Shown here piece by piece: positions 26,616 to 41,257 of a DNA stretch of 64,000 nucleotides (the stretch's first letter is position 1; each line of letters opens with the position of its first letter). A program made the position numbers and the translations under genes. The stretch spans positions 15,934,001 to 15,998,000 of the forward strand of contig NC_043009.1 of assembly GCF_006345805.1 (NCBI RefSeq). Direction: 5' to 3'. A model generated the notes under the pieces. That model was not told where the DNA came from, searched no databases, and worked only from the letters and a program-made list of their open reading frames with translations. This stretch comes from Octopus sinensis (Eukaryota).

Positions 26616-27493
26616 TATTGATATTATCGAACGGAATATGATTCATAATTTAAATAAGGAAACTTGTGAACTTCGAATGTATAACAGTATAAACAATCGT
26701 AAAATAGTGTAACCAACTAAAATAAAACTATATATAAATAACATTTCTTTTTTTAATAATTCTTAATACTTCTTATGGAAGGAAGCTCTAGCTTTCGTTA
26801 GGAGTGGTCCACATAACCATTCATGATACAAAGGCTGGGAGCCTATATCAGTTTCGGGAGTAAATCGTCTTCACAATTCCCTTAGTCGTAAACAGATGTC
26901 ATACAACTGCAAAAGAATGATGTATCACCAATAACAATGTAATTTCTCTAAGGCATAAACCCAGTAATCTATCAACTCCATTTACACATTTCTCAATACA
27001 TACTGCTGTTATGACTTCCCTCCCTCATTTTATGCCTCTATCGTAGACGGATATATTTGTTGGTACCTATAATGGTGATACTTTAAAATAATGATATCTC
27101 AGCTCAATTAGAAAGCCTGGGTAAGCAACGCATTGTAAGCCACACTATAATTTGCGAAAAAATCTCTCTGCGCGCAGGGTATGCATCGCTCCTCCGATGG
27201 CTTTTTTTCCGTCTATTCTGCAATGAAGCCTTAATTATGGGTGATTTAATGTCTTTGCCGATAACCAAACTAATTCTTGGGAACTATAATTTTCTTAAGC
27301 TTATTTTAAAGTTAGATTAACAGAGGCAATAAGCTTTTAATGTATAGAGAAGTATAATAGTTGAAATACAGTACAGGTTAGCTTTAGTTTTACGAACATG
27401 TTAAAAAGGATAGGGTTAAGAGTGGATATCATTCGGTATTTATCTACATGTGTGGAGTTAAAAGGACAAAAACTGTAAATGAAAATATTTGAT

Positions 27494-27680
27494 TTCAAAC
27501 CTTGGAACAACAGTGGTAAGTTCCGGGTGGGAGAGATAAGTCGATTAAGTCGAACCCAGTACTCAACTGGTACTTATTTTAACGATTTCGAAAGGATGAA
27601 TTTGAGCTCATAACGTAAAGACGGGTAAAATGCCGGTAAGCTTTTGCCCGGCGTGCAAACGATTCTACCATCACGCCGCT
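27494..27680 (-). mobile_element. tRNA-derived SINE family B (Nin/Deu-domain-like)
   Basis: Reverse complement aligns with 41044-41257 (TTCATCCTTTCG..AATAAGTACCAG..GGGTTCGAC). Confidence 0.82.
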
Positions 27681-28077
27681 GCCTTTGTAAATGAAAATAC
27701 ATTTTATTAAGTTCAATGACCTGAGAATGGCTTTCGTTACTTATGCTTGAAGTCGATAGAGCTAGTGATATGTGAGACTATATAATTGATTGTACCTTCA
27801 TCACTTTTGTAACGTTAATATTTAAAAACCAGACATTCAGTGATATATGCCACAATTCTTTTTATATGGTCCGGAAATTAAATTAACTGAAAAGTTTTCA
27901 ATTTTCACTCATAAATTGTTTGCCAATTTTACATCATTATGTAATGATTTTCTCTTATTATATTTTAGAATTAAAATAGGATAGAGTATTTTTCTGTAAG
28001 ATTGAAGTCTAGCCAAATACTCTAATATAAGTCTCCCATAGTTTTCCATGAAATTAGATAATTTAATCTTTCCTGTC

Positions 28078-28170
28078 TCCTGCGACAGACCAGCGTCCGG
28101 TCCAAGGGGCAATATATATGCAACAGAATTAGAGAAACCAGATTTACGAGGCTATGGACCGAGAAAGACC
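28078..28170 (+). mobile_element. SINE central/3' domain fragment (V/Meta-domain-like)
   Basis: CCTGCGACAGACCAGCGTCCGGTCCAAGGGG resembles the CCTGCGATGGACTAGCATCCCGTCCAGGGG SINE motif (recall). Confidence 0.5.
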
Positions 28171-28333
28171 TTTCATGTTTTTCCTTTTCTTAATCTTCCG
28201 ATGGAGAATATATTTTTATATTTAGAAGGAAAATGTAGAAGTATCGAAAACTATATACATATGCCTTTGTTAACGAGGGCTCCGAGGGCTCCGAGGGGAA
28301 GTTCTCTATTAAGTATAGCTGTAAATAAGTTTG

Positions 28334-28526
28334 CGAGCTGGTAGAAATCTTAACATTTTTCCTCAAAATTCTTAGCGGAATTTCGTCCGTTTTTACATTC
28401 CATCCAGGTCCTCTTTGGCTTTCATCCTTTCGGGGTCGATCAAATAAGTACCGGTCGAGTGCAGAGATCGATGTAATAGACTTGATCACTCCTCCGAAAA
28501 TGCTGACCTTGTACCAAACTTTCAAG
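28334..28526 (+). mobile_element. SINE family B
   Basis: GCGAGCTGGTAGAA head; CTTTCATCCTTTCGGGGTCGATCAAATAAGTACC core. Confidence 0.82.
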
Positions 28527-30399
28527 CCATTAATTATAGCTATAAATACATTCGTTGTTTCGAGTCCTGCATCACCAAACCAAACCAAACTAAACCTCAG
28601 TATTGTATTGCAATGTTATAGCATTTGGTTAATAACAACTACGAAAACAACGACGACGATGAAGTTGATAATGTTATTTCAAGGGTCAAAAGTGGCCAAG
28701 ACACTGAGGTCAATGAAGATCACTATACAAACCTAAGTAATGGTTGTTTTATAATGTGTAAAAGAAGTCTATATAACTGATTACTTGAAACTGTTGATAA
28801 CTTATATTAAGCCCATCCTGTATCCTGGAGAAAAATCTAATTCCAACCAAGTTTATCCCCTACTGTTAGCTAATGACCCCCTTTTACGTCTATGACACTT
28901 CAGGGGGGATCTTTAAGTGAGGAAATACATTCGCTCATTTGATTCACAATACATTAATACCAATTGAATAGAAGAGGCGCAGAAACGCTTCAAAGACTAA
29001 TGACCATCTGCGCACGGTGAGGGATCTATCTGAGGAAACTCTGGTTTAGCTTTAAGAGGGCTTACAGCATGGCCCCCATTCTCCGACTGTGAAGTCACTT
29101 TGAATATCTAGCATAGTTGAACATTCTCAAAATACTCAGTGCTCGTATGATGCATTACAAAAAGAGCTTGATGCTGAACATGTAACCAATGAAAAGTGTA
29201 ACTGTTGAAGGAAATATCTCTTAGGGTGATTTGGCATTTGTTATCAGGCCTATATCTATCTCAGTGACATGTAGAAAGGTCAACATGGCTTAAAAAATAA
29301 GGAGAAATGTATTTTCTTTTAATCATCTATTTTCACATATTACTGAATGATATAAATATCATTCACACAGCAACTCAAAAAGGAGGAAAAGATACATCAA
29401 AAACAGCGTCAATATGGTAAATATGTATTTAGATAGGTAACAATGGAGGTTGACATATCAAAATGAGTAACTTTACTTTTAAAGTGTGGAAAGAGATAAC
29501 ACATTTTAGGGAATGTGTTAGAGCTTGATTACAATGGACACAATTAGTAAGACGTAGAAAAAGTTAATGATATTGTTCATTAGAAAAGAAATGAAGAGGT
29601 GAAAACATCATATTTAAAAAGCTTTAAGATTGTATTGAAGTCCAGATTCAATTGGAAATATTTGATTAATGTGATCAGCACATGCTTTAAAATGCTAAAA
29701 TAGCTAATTGGATGAAATACTAAATAGACGATCCATTAGTCTGAAAATTGGGAAAAAACCCTAGCTGTGTATGGAGTGCTTCTTCCGAAAGCAAATGTCA
29801 GTTTTCATATGGAAGAGCATACGTCAGTAAATTACTGCAAATAATTAAGAGCTATTTAAACATGGTGTAAGGAAACATGAATGAATAAGAGCATGCAAAA
29901 CACAAAATAAGATAAGACACACGAAAAATTGCAATTATATGGTCATTTCTACAGAGACGCAAAAATGTGAATATTGTGGTTCAATGGGGGAATGGCTCCG
30001 AAGAAGAAACATTATTTGTTGCTGACTTCTCTACAAGTGTAATGAACAAGGGTATTATTTCACGACTTTAGTAAACAAGTGTCACCTCAGTTAGCAGCGT
30101 AGGGAATATATGCATCATAGTGTAGCAGACTACAAACTTTTTGCTCCTTTATTAATGATATTACACTTCAGATGAATTCTATAAATCTTTTGAATCTAAA
30201 CGAACATGAATGAAAATTCCTGTAGGGTTTTGATACTTAGACAGGCATAATAATTGAAAAGAATTCAGCAGATATCCCTGATATGACACGAGGGAGGAAT
30301 TACTTCATAAAAGACGCTGCATCAAATATTTCTACGAAAAGTATTGCAGACAAAGGAGTAAGAAATACTTCGAAATATGTTGAATTATAAGTATAAATA

Positions 30400-31956
30400 T
30401 CAAGGATGCGAATGAGCTAAACCTGAAAAGTTATCATCAAAACATTAGACATTGACGCTGAAAAGATTACAAAGGCGGAAACGCGTCAGGCTCTTAAGAA
30501 GACTCAGAACAGATAAGCACCAGGGTGTGATGAGCTACCAGTCGAACTTTTCAAGGTGGACAGGGATGTGACAGCACATGTGTTAACCAAATTGTACAGA
30601 AACGCATGCACAGTGAAACAATACCGGACAAGAGACAAAAAGTGATTATTGTCAAATTACCAAAGAAACGCGACTTGAAGGAATGCTGGAATCGAAGAAG
30701 AAGAATAATACTCCCTGTAATGAGTAATGTCATGGGGCAAGTTGTCATTGAGAGAATATAGAGAGGAGTTGATCAGGGAAGAGTAGGTTGGATTCCGCAA
30801 GAAAAGAAGCATAACCGAGCAAATATTCATCCTCAGAAGCATTTTAGAGCAACTCCAGGAGTGGAGAGAATATTGTATGTTCATTTCGTTGATATTGAAA
30901 AAAGCCATCGACTGAGTCCACCGCCCAAACAAGGCAAGATAATGGCACCGTAAGGTACTCAAGACAAGCTGACGATGATATAGTAAGCCACTTGCGACAA
31001 CTCCGAGGGTACATTAGTGGACGATGGTGATAAGATAAGATGGATAAAAGTTACAACTGGAGTTAATCAGGGATGTGTTATGTCAGGCTCCCTGTTTCTC
31101 GTGGCGATAGACTGGGTCAGACGAAGAACAACTGTAAGGCATGGGAATGTCATTCGATAGAACCTCACGAGAACGCTCGAAGGACGCGACTTCGCGGATG
31201 AAGTGGGGATTGCTATCATCCACCAACGAACACATCAAGAGCAATGTACACAGGCTGGCAGAGAATGCTGACAGAATTGGTCTTAAATTGATCCCAGAAA
31301 GATGTAAAACACTAAGGATTAATGCCAGGCAACGAGCTCGTGTGAGAACTGGTGATAACGTGGTGGAAGAGGAAGAATTTGCTTATCTCATGGCAACAAT
31401 CAAGAAAGACGGAGAATATAAAGAACATAATGTCCAAAGCCAGGAAAGCATTCTACAATCTAACAAAATCTAACAAGAAGTAAAAGTATAGGCTGCAAAA
31501 CGAAGCTGAAACTGTTCAAGACAATGGTCCGACCAGTATTATTCTACGGATGTCAAAAATGTTAAGTGGCAAAAAATGGAAGCGAAAACAATGGACAGCT
31601 TCCAGTTCACATGCTTGAGGAGAATTATCGACATTAGAATCCAAAATTGCACAATTGAGATTACAACATGCATCAACAAGGCCAGTGACGAACAAAGACG
31701 CAGATGCTGTTACTGAATCGGACATGTCCTCGAACAAGATCGAGAATGCAATTGTATTGTGACACTAATGTGACAGCCTGAAGGGAAAGAAGCAGCAGGG
31801 CGCGCTAAAACCACATGGTGAATGCCACTGACAAGGAGAGAAGACGAGAAGGATGGATAAGCTGAAATGAGACCAGAATAGTGGCAGGAAACACAGCTGT
31901 TTGGAGAGATTGTGTTGCAGCATTATGTGGCTCATGCTACAGAGAGAACTAACTAA
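30400..31956 (+). mobile_element. Heavily decayed RTE-clade LINE (RT domain to 3' end; may extend further 5')
   Basis: APGCDELPVELFK..IIVKLPKKRDLKEC..GFRKKRSITEQIFILRSILEQ..TTGVNQGCVMSGSLFLVAIDWV..LEGRDFADEV..IGLKL..LLYGC..WRDCVAALC, followed by an AACT tail. Many stops and frameshifts. Confidence 0.92.
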
Positions 31957-32132
31957 TCATGTATAGTTCCACAGCTCTAGAAGAAAGGTAAGTTATCATA
32001 AGATCTAGAACGGTTGAACAAATGGTGACAAAATCTAGGACTCATATTCTTTAATATATTTTGTCAAATCATGGCATTTAATTTGAAGAAAAAACAATAA
32101 AACAAGTATTGTATAAATACCTTGATCAATAT

Positions 32133-32181
32133 AGTAGTAGTAGTAGTAATAGTAGTAGTAGCAGCAGCAGCAGCAGCCACA

Positions 32182-32242
<61 letters not shown>

Positions 32243-32253
32243 CAGCAGCAGCA
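32133..32253. repeat. (AGT)n/(AGC)n microsatellite
   Basis: Directly visible; the source of the poly-Ser and poly-Tyr ORFs. Confidence 0.97.
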
Positions 32254-34542
32254 GAGCAACAACGCTTTATCGCAGATATTGCAAAATATTGAAAGAATAT
32301 TCGTGGGCCAGTGACTTACATGGATAATGCATTATGATTAAAGAGAGCAATTACTCAACCAAGACCTTTGTAGGTGATAAATGAATCTATAAACCTATCC
32401 TTACACATGAGATAAGAATATTAGGCATTTTGAAACGCAAATCACACAAGGATTCAAGCATCGCAGATTTTGTAATTATTATTACTGCTAATTGTTGGAT
32501 GTCAGAAATACTTTAATTGCATTAAAAAAATGTTGCATATCGTAAATTCTTTTTTACATTTCACTTTATCATCTCTCCGAAACTAATTTTATGTTTCATC
32601 TTTCGATGAAACAGGTACTACTTATTGCCAATATGATAAATCACCATTACTGTCTATATAAGTTCTTGCCCTAAATACCTGGCAAAAAATTGTGTTTAAT
32701 TCACCTCTTAATTGCAGCTATGTCTAATGGGACGAAGCAGGGAATGCTTCTGGCAGAATAAAAATACTCATTTTAAGGGAGCAATCTTAACTCTTCAGTA
32801 GTATGGATGCCATAGAAACGATTAGTTCATCGAAACATGATAAAGTCTTTCTAATTGCTCCATCTTCAGAAAATTTTCAACATCCATTTTCCTAGCTTCG
32901 TCTATAAATCAAAAGCGATTGGTCATATATAAAAAAACCTTTTTCAAATAAGATTCTATTCTTGGAAATATATTTTCTTCTATTTGTTTTTACTTGAAGA
33001 GAAAAGTTAATACATACATATTCGTTTCTAAAAACAGAAAATATTTATAGCCAATGTAAAACAGTGCTTTAATATATTTAGTGTTTCCATAGAAAAATCA
33101 AGATTTTTTCATAGTATTTCGAAAATATCTGTTATGAATTCTATATAACCATGTGATGTGGAACATCTTGTTCAAAGACTGACTCAGTCATATATTTGCA
33201 GTAAGTTTGGAATCACTTACAATAATCATACGGGGACACACATTTAAAAAGATATCCACGTTAATTATAATATTTTTAAAGGAAAATATTACGTGTTGCA
33301 CATCACCCGATGGAATAAAGATTCGTTTATAATGTGAACGTGATGACTTTGACGAAGTATGAAAGAAAACACTAAGCACTCATTTAATGGGAACCGTTCC
33401 GCTTTTCAAAACTATAGGTAACATTTGATCACATGTCTTTTATGTTCGATCTTTGGCAATAACTATTAATGCATAATCTGTAAATTTTAAGATCATTCTA
33501 TTCTATTTCCCTATCTAAAGTCATTTCTCAAATTTATTTGATTGTGTACAGGTAATTACTGCCTACGTATCCTTAACCGGTAAAAAGGCATAAAACAAGC
33601 AAATAGTCATTTGCGCATGTAATCATAAGAGCGTCACATAACTAATTCATACACCTTTCAAAGCATAAAAGTAATTAAATATGTATTTTACATTTACAAT
33701 TTTCCTTTTATTTTGCTACATTTAACGAATTGCGTCGTTAATAACAGATGAATGCGTTTGATCTTACTCTTTAGAAAAGTGTACTCTCTATGTAGGTGCT
33801 TAATATTTCAAAAGTTCGATTTGAAATAATAGCAAAGAGAAAATAGAAAAAAGTTATGAAAATTGTTTAAAGAAATTATAAATCAAATCTTCGTTGCACC
33901 ATTTCACATATGATTAATGGTTATCAGGTTAATTATATATAGGGAATATTTTTAGTACAACCTTCTGCCTAAGCTCATTAGAGATTAGTAAATATCCTGA
34001 TTTCATCTTCAAAATATGTGTCATTTGATCTTGAAAAGTTTCTTCATTTTTCTTATTCTATCTAAATTTAATACTCATTGATGTTTGAGTCATTCCGTTT
34101 CATCGTGAAAATTAATTACCTAAAGTCAAGATAATTTTAGGAAAGGTGAGAAAGATATACCATTATGAATGCAATGGATTCATTAATGGTAATTCTTATG
34201 CCCCTGGATAGATAAATATTACCAGGATTTGACTTAATCGTATATGTGGAGTAGATAAATATCATCAAAATCTGATTACAATGAACAACTTCCAGTTAAA
34301 TACTGAAGTGCAAATAAAATAGTTCAACTAGGAATCATAAGCTGTTATAAAATCAATTGAAGTAATTTTCATCATTATTGAAATGATTTAAAATTTTGAA
34401 GCCATATGCACAATATATACACACACAAACACAAATACATACAACAATATATATATACATGTAAATATATATATATTATATATATATATAGACATACATA
34501 CATACATTCATACATACATACATATATATATATGTATGTATG

Positions 34543-34606
<64 letters not shown>

Positions 34607-34610
<4 letters not shown>

Positions 34611-35549
34611 AATAAGCATAAAATAGAGAAAACTTTTAATCGACAAACAAACAAATTGACCAACTTCGGTTAATTACTTTTTAATAAAGAACATAACATA
34701 GCATTAGATAACATTTCTTACTGTCGTTTCGGCTGCCGATGTCAATCGGTGCTTACAAATAAAATTCCGAAAATAATATTCGCCATCTTTATAGCTCATT
34801 CGATCTAGTACTTGAAGTTTCATCAGAGTGAATACAAACACATAAAGTAAAATAAAATAAAGTGAAGAGGAAAGGGGTAACGACAATGCCTCGAGAGGAA
34901 GCCAAAAGGCTCAAGATATTAGAATCGTACCATTTTGCAGTATGAAGCTTGAAGTCAATAGGCAAAAGAGTGAACTAGAAAATGAGCTACAGAGCTAATT
35001 TATTGGTTATCTCTTTATATAGGGGTACCAGGGTGTATAATTAGTAGTAGGATAAAACTAGTGCTCAAGTAAAACAGAAATCGCCACTTTGTCTAGAAAG
35101 CTGAAAGTACTTATGATTTCGTAAATAGAGCTAATTAATATTTATCCAAAACCAAACCCTTAGAGTGTTTATAATGGTGTACTTACTGTGTTATTTTAGA
35201 AACCAAACATCTGTTGTTCGTTATACTTATATACTTACAACATCTGTTGTTCAGTTATACTTATACCAAGGGCAAGTTAAGACCGTTACAAGGGTGTCTG
35301 ACTCTTTCTTTTTTCCTTCGTTTATTTTGTTTTATGTATTTGTGAATATCCATGTACTTGATCGAATGTGCTTTAAAGATGGCGAATATTATTTTCAGAA
35401 TTTTCTTGTAAGCACCAATTAACATCGGCAGCCGAAACGGCCGTAAAAAAAATTATGTAATCTTATGTTTTGTATTGAATAATGAGTAACTGATGTTGGT
35501 CAACTTGTTTGTCGATCAAACGTTTTCTCCATTTTCTGCTTGTTTACAT
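34607..35549. repeat. Diverged inverted repeat, arms about 34607-34875 and 35305-35549
   Basis: Arms share GTACT.GATCGAATG.GCT.TAAAGATGGCGAATATTATTTTC..TGTAAGCACC.ATT.ACATCGGCAGCCGAAACG. The ORF track shows the matching peptides VLDRM..KDGEYYF.NF on opposite strands. Confidence 0.88.
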
Positions 35550-35758
35550 TTAAATTTCATTCTTGATAAACTTTTGTATATTCAGTTATTACCTGTACCC
35601 TATGAGCATAGTGTGCTCATACCCATGAGCATACCCATGCCCATGGATAGCATAGGTAAATGATACAGGTAGTAAGAACGGATACTATTATGCCTTAGAC
35701 GGTTATACCAACTGCTAACTCTGCTTACCTTTGATATATCTTGTGTATATACATATAA

Positions 35759-35798
<40 letters not shown>

Positions 35799-35800
<2 letters not shown>

Positions 35801-36130
35801 CGCATGGCTCAGTGGTTAGAGCGTCGAGCTTACGATCGTGAGGTTGTGAGCTCGAATCCCGGACCGGGCTGCGTGTTGTGTTCTCGAGCAAGGCACTTTA
35901 TTTCACGTTGCTCCAGTTCACTCAGCTGTAGAAATGAGTTGCGACGTCACAGGTGCCAAGCTGTATTTGTCTTTCACTTGGATAACACTGGTGGCGTGGA
36001 GAGGGGAGGCTGGTATGCATGGGCGACTACTAGCCTTCCATAAACAACCTTGCCCGGACTTGTGTCTAGGAGGGTAACTTTCTAGGTACAATCCCATGGT
36101 CATTCATGACCGAAGGGGGTCTTTACCCTA
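35799..36130 (+). mobile_element. tRNA-derived SINE family D, apparently full length, inserted in (TA)n
   Basis: TGGCTCAGTGG A box and GCTCGAATCC B box, then a GAGCAAGGCACTTTA..TTGCTCCAGTTCACTCAGCTG central domain. Confidence 0.9.
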
Positions 36131-39049
36131 TATATATATATATGCACTTCATGAATTCATATATTCATAATATTCATATATATTCATACACATATATATA
36201 TATATTAACCATATATACATATACATGTGTGTGTGTGTACGTCTGTATGTCAATATATATATATATTCATAATTTTTTTCTTATGTTATAAGCAGCTATT
36301 TTTTAATAAAGAACTTGTCTGGCATTTTATATGTAGATTTTTCTCCTAATCTTTCTATTTATACATGCACTTATGTGTACTATCTTATATTTCACTATTA
36401 AATATTAATGCGTTACTCGTACATCGCATAAAATGAATTAGTTACAGTATAGAGTTACATCTCATTATTATTCAATATCGCTTGATATTTATAATCGTCT
36501 GCTCATATAAACTTCCCAAAACAAAAGCATGCAAACCCCTAACAACATGCGTCTATATTTTCTAATTCATACAAACTTATTTTAACACAAACTTGCAAGT
36601 ACATATGTATAGATATATTAATATGTGGTCATTGTTTACATCTGTATATACTGAAGAATTCTGTCTGATACGTCAAGATTTTGTTGCAACCACACTACTT
36701 GAGTGTTACCACGTTGCTTAATTCTGAAAACAGTTGCTTCACTAGTTTTCAATGAAGAGATTTATCTCTAAATCGTTTTGAGGAAATAAATCAACAGATA
36801 TCATTTAATGTTGATAAATGCTCCATAGCAGATTTGTTGTAGGCATATTTAATGTAGCACAAATTATACAATGTTATGTGAATCAAATAAATCCAAATTT
36901 GTCAAAAAAGCATTATTTAATACTTGTATAACAGATCATATTGCTAAAGCTACTTATATTTCTACATGATATGAATAGACAAGGAATAGTAAGTAAATCA
37001 ACGTAGAACATATCAATTTATTACGTATTAGAAAATATTCTCTAGCCTTGCTAGAAAACAATTCATACATTCTGTAGACTATTGAATAATTGCAAACTAA
37101 CATTTATTGCCAAATTTACAACAGTAATTGATTTATAATAGATATTGACTAACATATAAAAGCGATGAATATGTTTATAAAGTTTGGGGTAAAATCAAAA
37201 TTTTCGCAATATTATATATATATATTATTAAGACTTCCAGAATTACGTATACAAAGAGGTATATGAGATTTTTACATCAGTGTGAGACTCGTAATAAGCG
37301 AATCGTGATCTCTTTCAGTAGTTATAAATAAATTTTAATTTGAAGCAAAGCTAGGAATATTTTTATCATATACAATTTATGTGCGATATGCATTCAGCAC
37401 AGTTGACGACATAAAACTTTAATTGGAAATTATTGAATTTCTTCAAAATTTTATGGATTTTAATATTATTATAAGTTGGTTTTATTGCTTATTTTCCATA
37501 CTTATATGAACATTCCAGTTGCATAATGTAATTTTGTTCATCGGCAGATATTACTGCATTTTATCAAAATGAAATTTTCTTAAATCTCTACAACCTAATC
37601 AGTATTTTTAGAACAGAATTGGTATACGGCTTCCAAATAATGACTAAAACAATGTTGTTTGCATGTGATCTTTGGCGTTACTCAGTCTACATCTACAGAA
37701 ATAAATTACAGATAACAAGTGAGAAATTGTACTCAATATTAGATGCTAAGTTAAATATCAGTTGCGCATAACGAAACAAAAAAATAAATTGTGAAATTTT
37801 GCATGATACTATAAACTAAGGTTCAATGTGATCGTTTGGAATAGAAATATATAGAAAGCAAACAGAAGAAAAACAAATTTTGTTAATAATTTCGTCAATA
37901 ATACTAAATTAATAATGAAGGTGTACAGGTTGGAAATTTTTTGAAAATAACCAAATATTCATTATATAATACACATTATGAGGACGTTAATAATATTTTA
38001 AACTGTATTTGTAATTCGAAGTTCTCATTGGGAATTAATCTGACTAGATGCTACATCTCATACATTTACACTGAGATGGTTGGTATGATATCAGGACTTC
38101 AGCACATACATTGTCTCAATAGGTAACTCGCTGAATTTATTTACCTACATTGTATCGGAGGTAGACATTTTCCTCTCAACTCCCAAGACTGAATGAAAAT
38201 GATTCCAACAGGATGTGAGCATATAATCTGATGAGCATTCAACAAACTACTATTAAACAACCATAATACTGATAAATATGATAGTACTTATGGTAATTGT
38301 AACAATGATATTGAGGAGGGGAATAAAACTCATCAGCTTCAACGTCAGGAAACCAAATGTAAGCTCGCAGTATTCACCATCACAATCACAAGCATAGGCT
38401 CAAATGAATATTGCATTCAAGAAAATAATCATAAACAGATAGACAGGTAAACAGATGTGACAAAGAAACTTCTATAAGCATAAAAGTTAGCCACGCGAAC
38501 AACTCTAACAGTACTAAGCGCACGTCATGATACGAAAGTAACACAAATAATATATTCATTTTCCGAAAGCAACAAAATTGATATATCCCCTATTCCCAAT
38601 CACCATCTTTGAAAGACCCTGCAAATGATCGTCAATTCAAGCAAACACTCACTCTTAGGTAGATAATACCATCCTTCATTTCTTTCGCTATCTTCCACAC
38701 ACACTCGAACGAATTTTACATGCAACTCTATGCCTGAAATAAAACTTCTACTGACTTCATAACTAAAAAGTTCTAAAGCTTTTAGTCAAGGAGCCGTGTA
38801 GTTTGTCTCCCATAAAAACTGGAGGACACAATCCATACACATATGAAGGAAACAATATTATACCCCCAGTCCGACCTCTAACGTGTACCATATACAATTG
38901 GAACCATGAGAGTTACTATTGACGGGTTTCTTGGTGAGTTCACACCGACAACACGATATGCCCTGCATCATTAAAACAAGACCGCCCTTTCAGTGCCAGA
39001 AATACTTCAGTTGCATCAGTTACTAACGACTTCTAAAACTTGTGATATT

Positions 39050-39190
39050 AGTGGTACTTATTTTATCGAGCCCGAAAGGATGTAAGTTAAAGTGAACGGT
39101 GCCAAAATTTGAACTCAGAACGTAAAGACAGACAAGATGCTACTAAGCACTTTGCCCGGCTTGCTAGCGATTCTGCAAGCTCTCGGCCTT
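39050..39190 (-). mobile_element. SINE family B, 5' part
   Basis: Reverse complement aligns with 41044-41180. Confidence 0.8.
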
Positions 39191-40135
39191 TGTTAACGCA
39201 ATATTAGGGTTTAGCACTTGTGTTTACTCTATAGATTATTCAGTTTTTTTTTCTTCATCTTTATTGTATCGGGGTTATGCATTTTCCTCTCAAGATGGAA
39301 TGTAGTTGATTCTATTGAGAGGAGAACTCATTCAGCAAACAGTTCTTGAACAATGAGGATAATGATAAATGTGATGGTAATGATAATTGCAATGATGAAG
39401 GATGAAAATGAGAATTAAACACGTCAGCATCAACATGTGAAAACCAAACCTACGCTTGCTGTATTCGTTATCACTGTCACCAGCAAAGACACAAGAGAAC
39501 ATTAAATGCAAGAAAGAAAGCACGGATTGCTGTAGAGAAATCATCTACACGGAGTAGCATAGATATTGCACCACTCCAGAAACCCCTACCTTTATTTTTT
39601 ACAATTTTCCTTCTAGAGTTTCCTATTTACTCATGAGGTACATTACAACTAGCACTATGCAAGTATTGAAGAGAAACAATACCCATGTCGAATTACATTT
39701 GTCGCAGGATGAGAAGGAACGGCGGAGATTTTGAACACATCTCCGTCCACTCATTATATCAACGTCCCACCTCAAGCACTATGCTACTGGACCATATTTA
39801 GAATGTCTCGTCGCTGATACGTTCTCTCTGCTATTTTATTCTCTTCGATTTAAGTTTTTTGTTTTAGGCGATATTAGTCGCATTCGTATTTTATACGTCA
39901 GATGTAAGGAATGTCACGTTCTATGGAGATTTTTCTTCTCAATTATGAGTTTTTGTCAAAAAGTAACTAAATCTGCAATTACTTCAAGTCATCCCACACA
40001 TGACATTGCACTTTGGCATAACTTAATATATCCCGTATCTCGTTCCGTATATATCTCTATATTTATCCGAAGTGCTTACGTTATCTTTTCACCTATAATG
40101 TTAAAATGCATTGTTTATTATTACAAAGCGAACGA

Positions 40136-40350
40136 AGGCAGCGTGCTGGCAGAATCATTAACAACGCCGGACAAAAGGCTTAGCAATATTTCATCGATAT
40201 TTACGATCTAACTTCAAATCGCACCGAGGTTGATTATGCCCTTCATCATTTGGGGTCGATAAAATAATTATCAGTTGAACACAGGAACCAATGTAATGGA
40301 TTTATCCGTACCCTGAACATTTCTGGCCTTGTGCGAAAATTTGAAACTAT
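40136..40350 (+). mobile_element. SINE family B
   Basis: Aligns with 41044-41257. Confidence 0.82.
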
Positions 40351-41043
40351 TATTAAAAAGAGAGCGTTTTTTTTTTCTTATTTTCAGTTGTAATAATAAT
40401 TGCTACATAGTTACAGATAATAGAGTAAATGGTATATTGAGAGTCATCGGAATAATGAAATGTAGTTTGAGTATCTTAATAACGTCTTAAGTTTATCAAT
40501 TCATAGGCAGACAATAGGCACAATTCCTCGACTCTTGGAAATGAACATATTTATAAACAGTTCTTGGTAATATTCTACTTATAAAATGTAGCACTAAAGG
40601 ATTTTGGTTGTTGCCGAGAACTTCTTAAGAAGAGTTATATAAAAGTAGGTTAAGAGATATAGAAAGTTAGGTCGAGAGGTGGAGAATTTAGAATATGTAT
40701 GCTATAAATAAGTCATGTTGAAGTGAGATTTATGGAAGAAGATTTAAAATTATAGTTTTCCGAATGAATAAGTACAAAATAAAATAATAGAGTATGTGTC
40801 GATAAAGTAGAAATCAACTTAGCATTCTCTTCCCAATTAAATGCTATTCTTATTTCAGTTCTAGATTTCTTTCTTCGGTTATATTTTTTAACTGTATTTA
40901 TAATCCATAAGACAATTAGAGTAACACTTTTAAAAGTTAAATCAATATTGGCATTTCTACATTTTGTATATTTTTAGTTCATCAGTTTTTAAAGATTTTT
41001 CCTCTAACGCTCTCTTTCTTTGTCAGAGTATAGATATTTGCAA

Positions 41044-41257
41044 GGCGGTGAGCTGGCAGAACCGTTAGCACGCTAGGTGAAATGCTTAGCGATATTTCGT
41101 TTGTCTTTATGTTCTGAGTTCAAATTCTGCCGAGGTTGACTTTACCTTTCATCCTTCAAGGTCGATAAATTAAGTACCAGTTGCGTACTGGGGTCGATCT
41201 AATCGACTAGCCCCCTCACCAAAATTTCGGGCCTTGTGCCTAAAGTAGAAAAGAATA
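41044..41257 (+). mobile_element. SINE family B, best-preserved copy
   Basis: GGCGGTGAGCTGGCAGAA head, GAGTTCAAATTC B box, CTTTCATCCTT..GTCGATAAATTAAGTACCAG core and GGCCTTGTGCC tail. Confidence 0.9.

Noticed and set aside
30455-30492. CTGAAAAG..GAAACGCGTC, resembling a hammerhead
   Set aside because: It lies inside the RTE reading frame (DAEKITKAETRQAL) and has no stem II; coincidental.
35799-35870. tRNA gene (also the heads at 13672 and 56890-56960)
   Set aside because: No proper acceptor stem; each continues into a SINE body.
39332-39544. 70-aa minus-strand ORF as a host exon
   Set aside because: No recognisable domain or convincing splice-site pair; partly a degenerate (ATG)n repeat.
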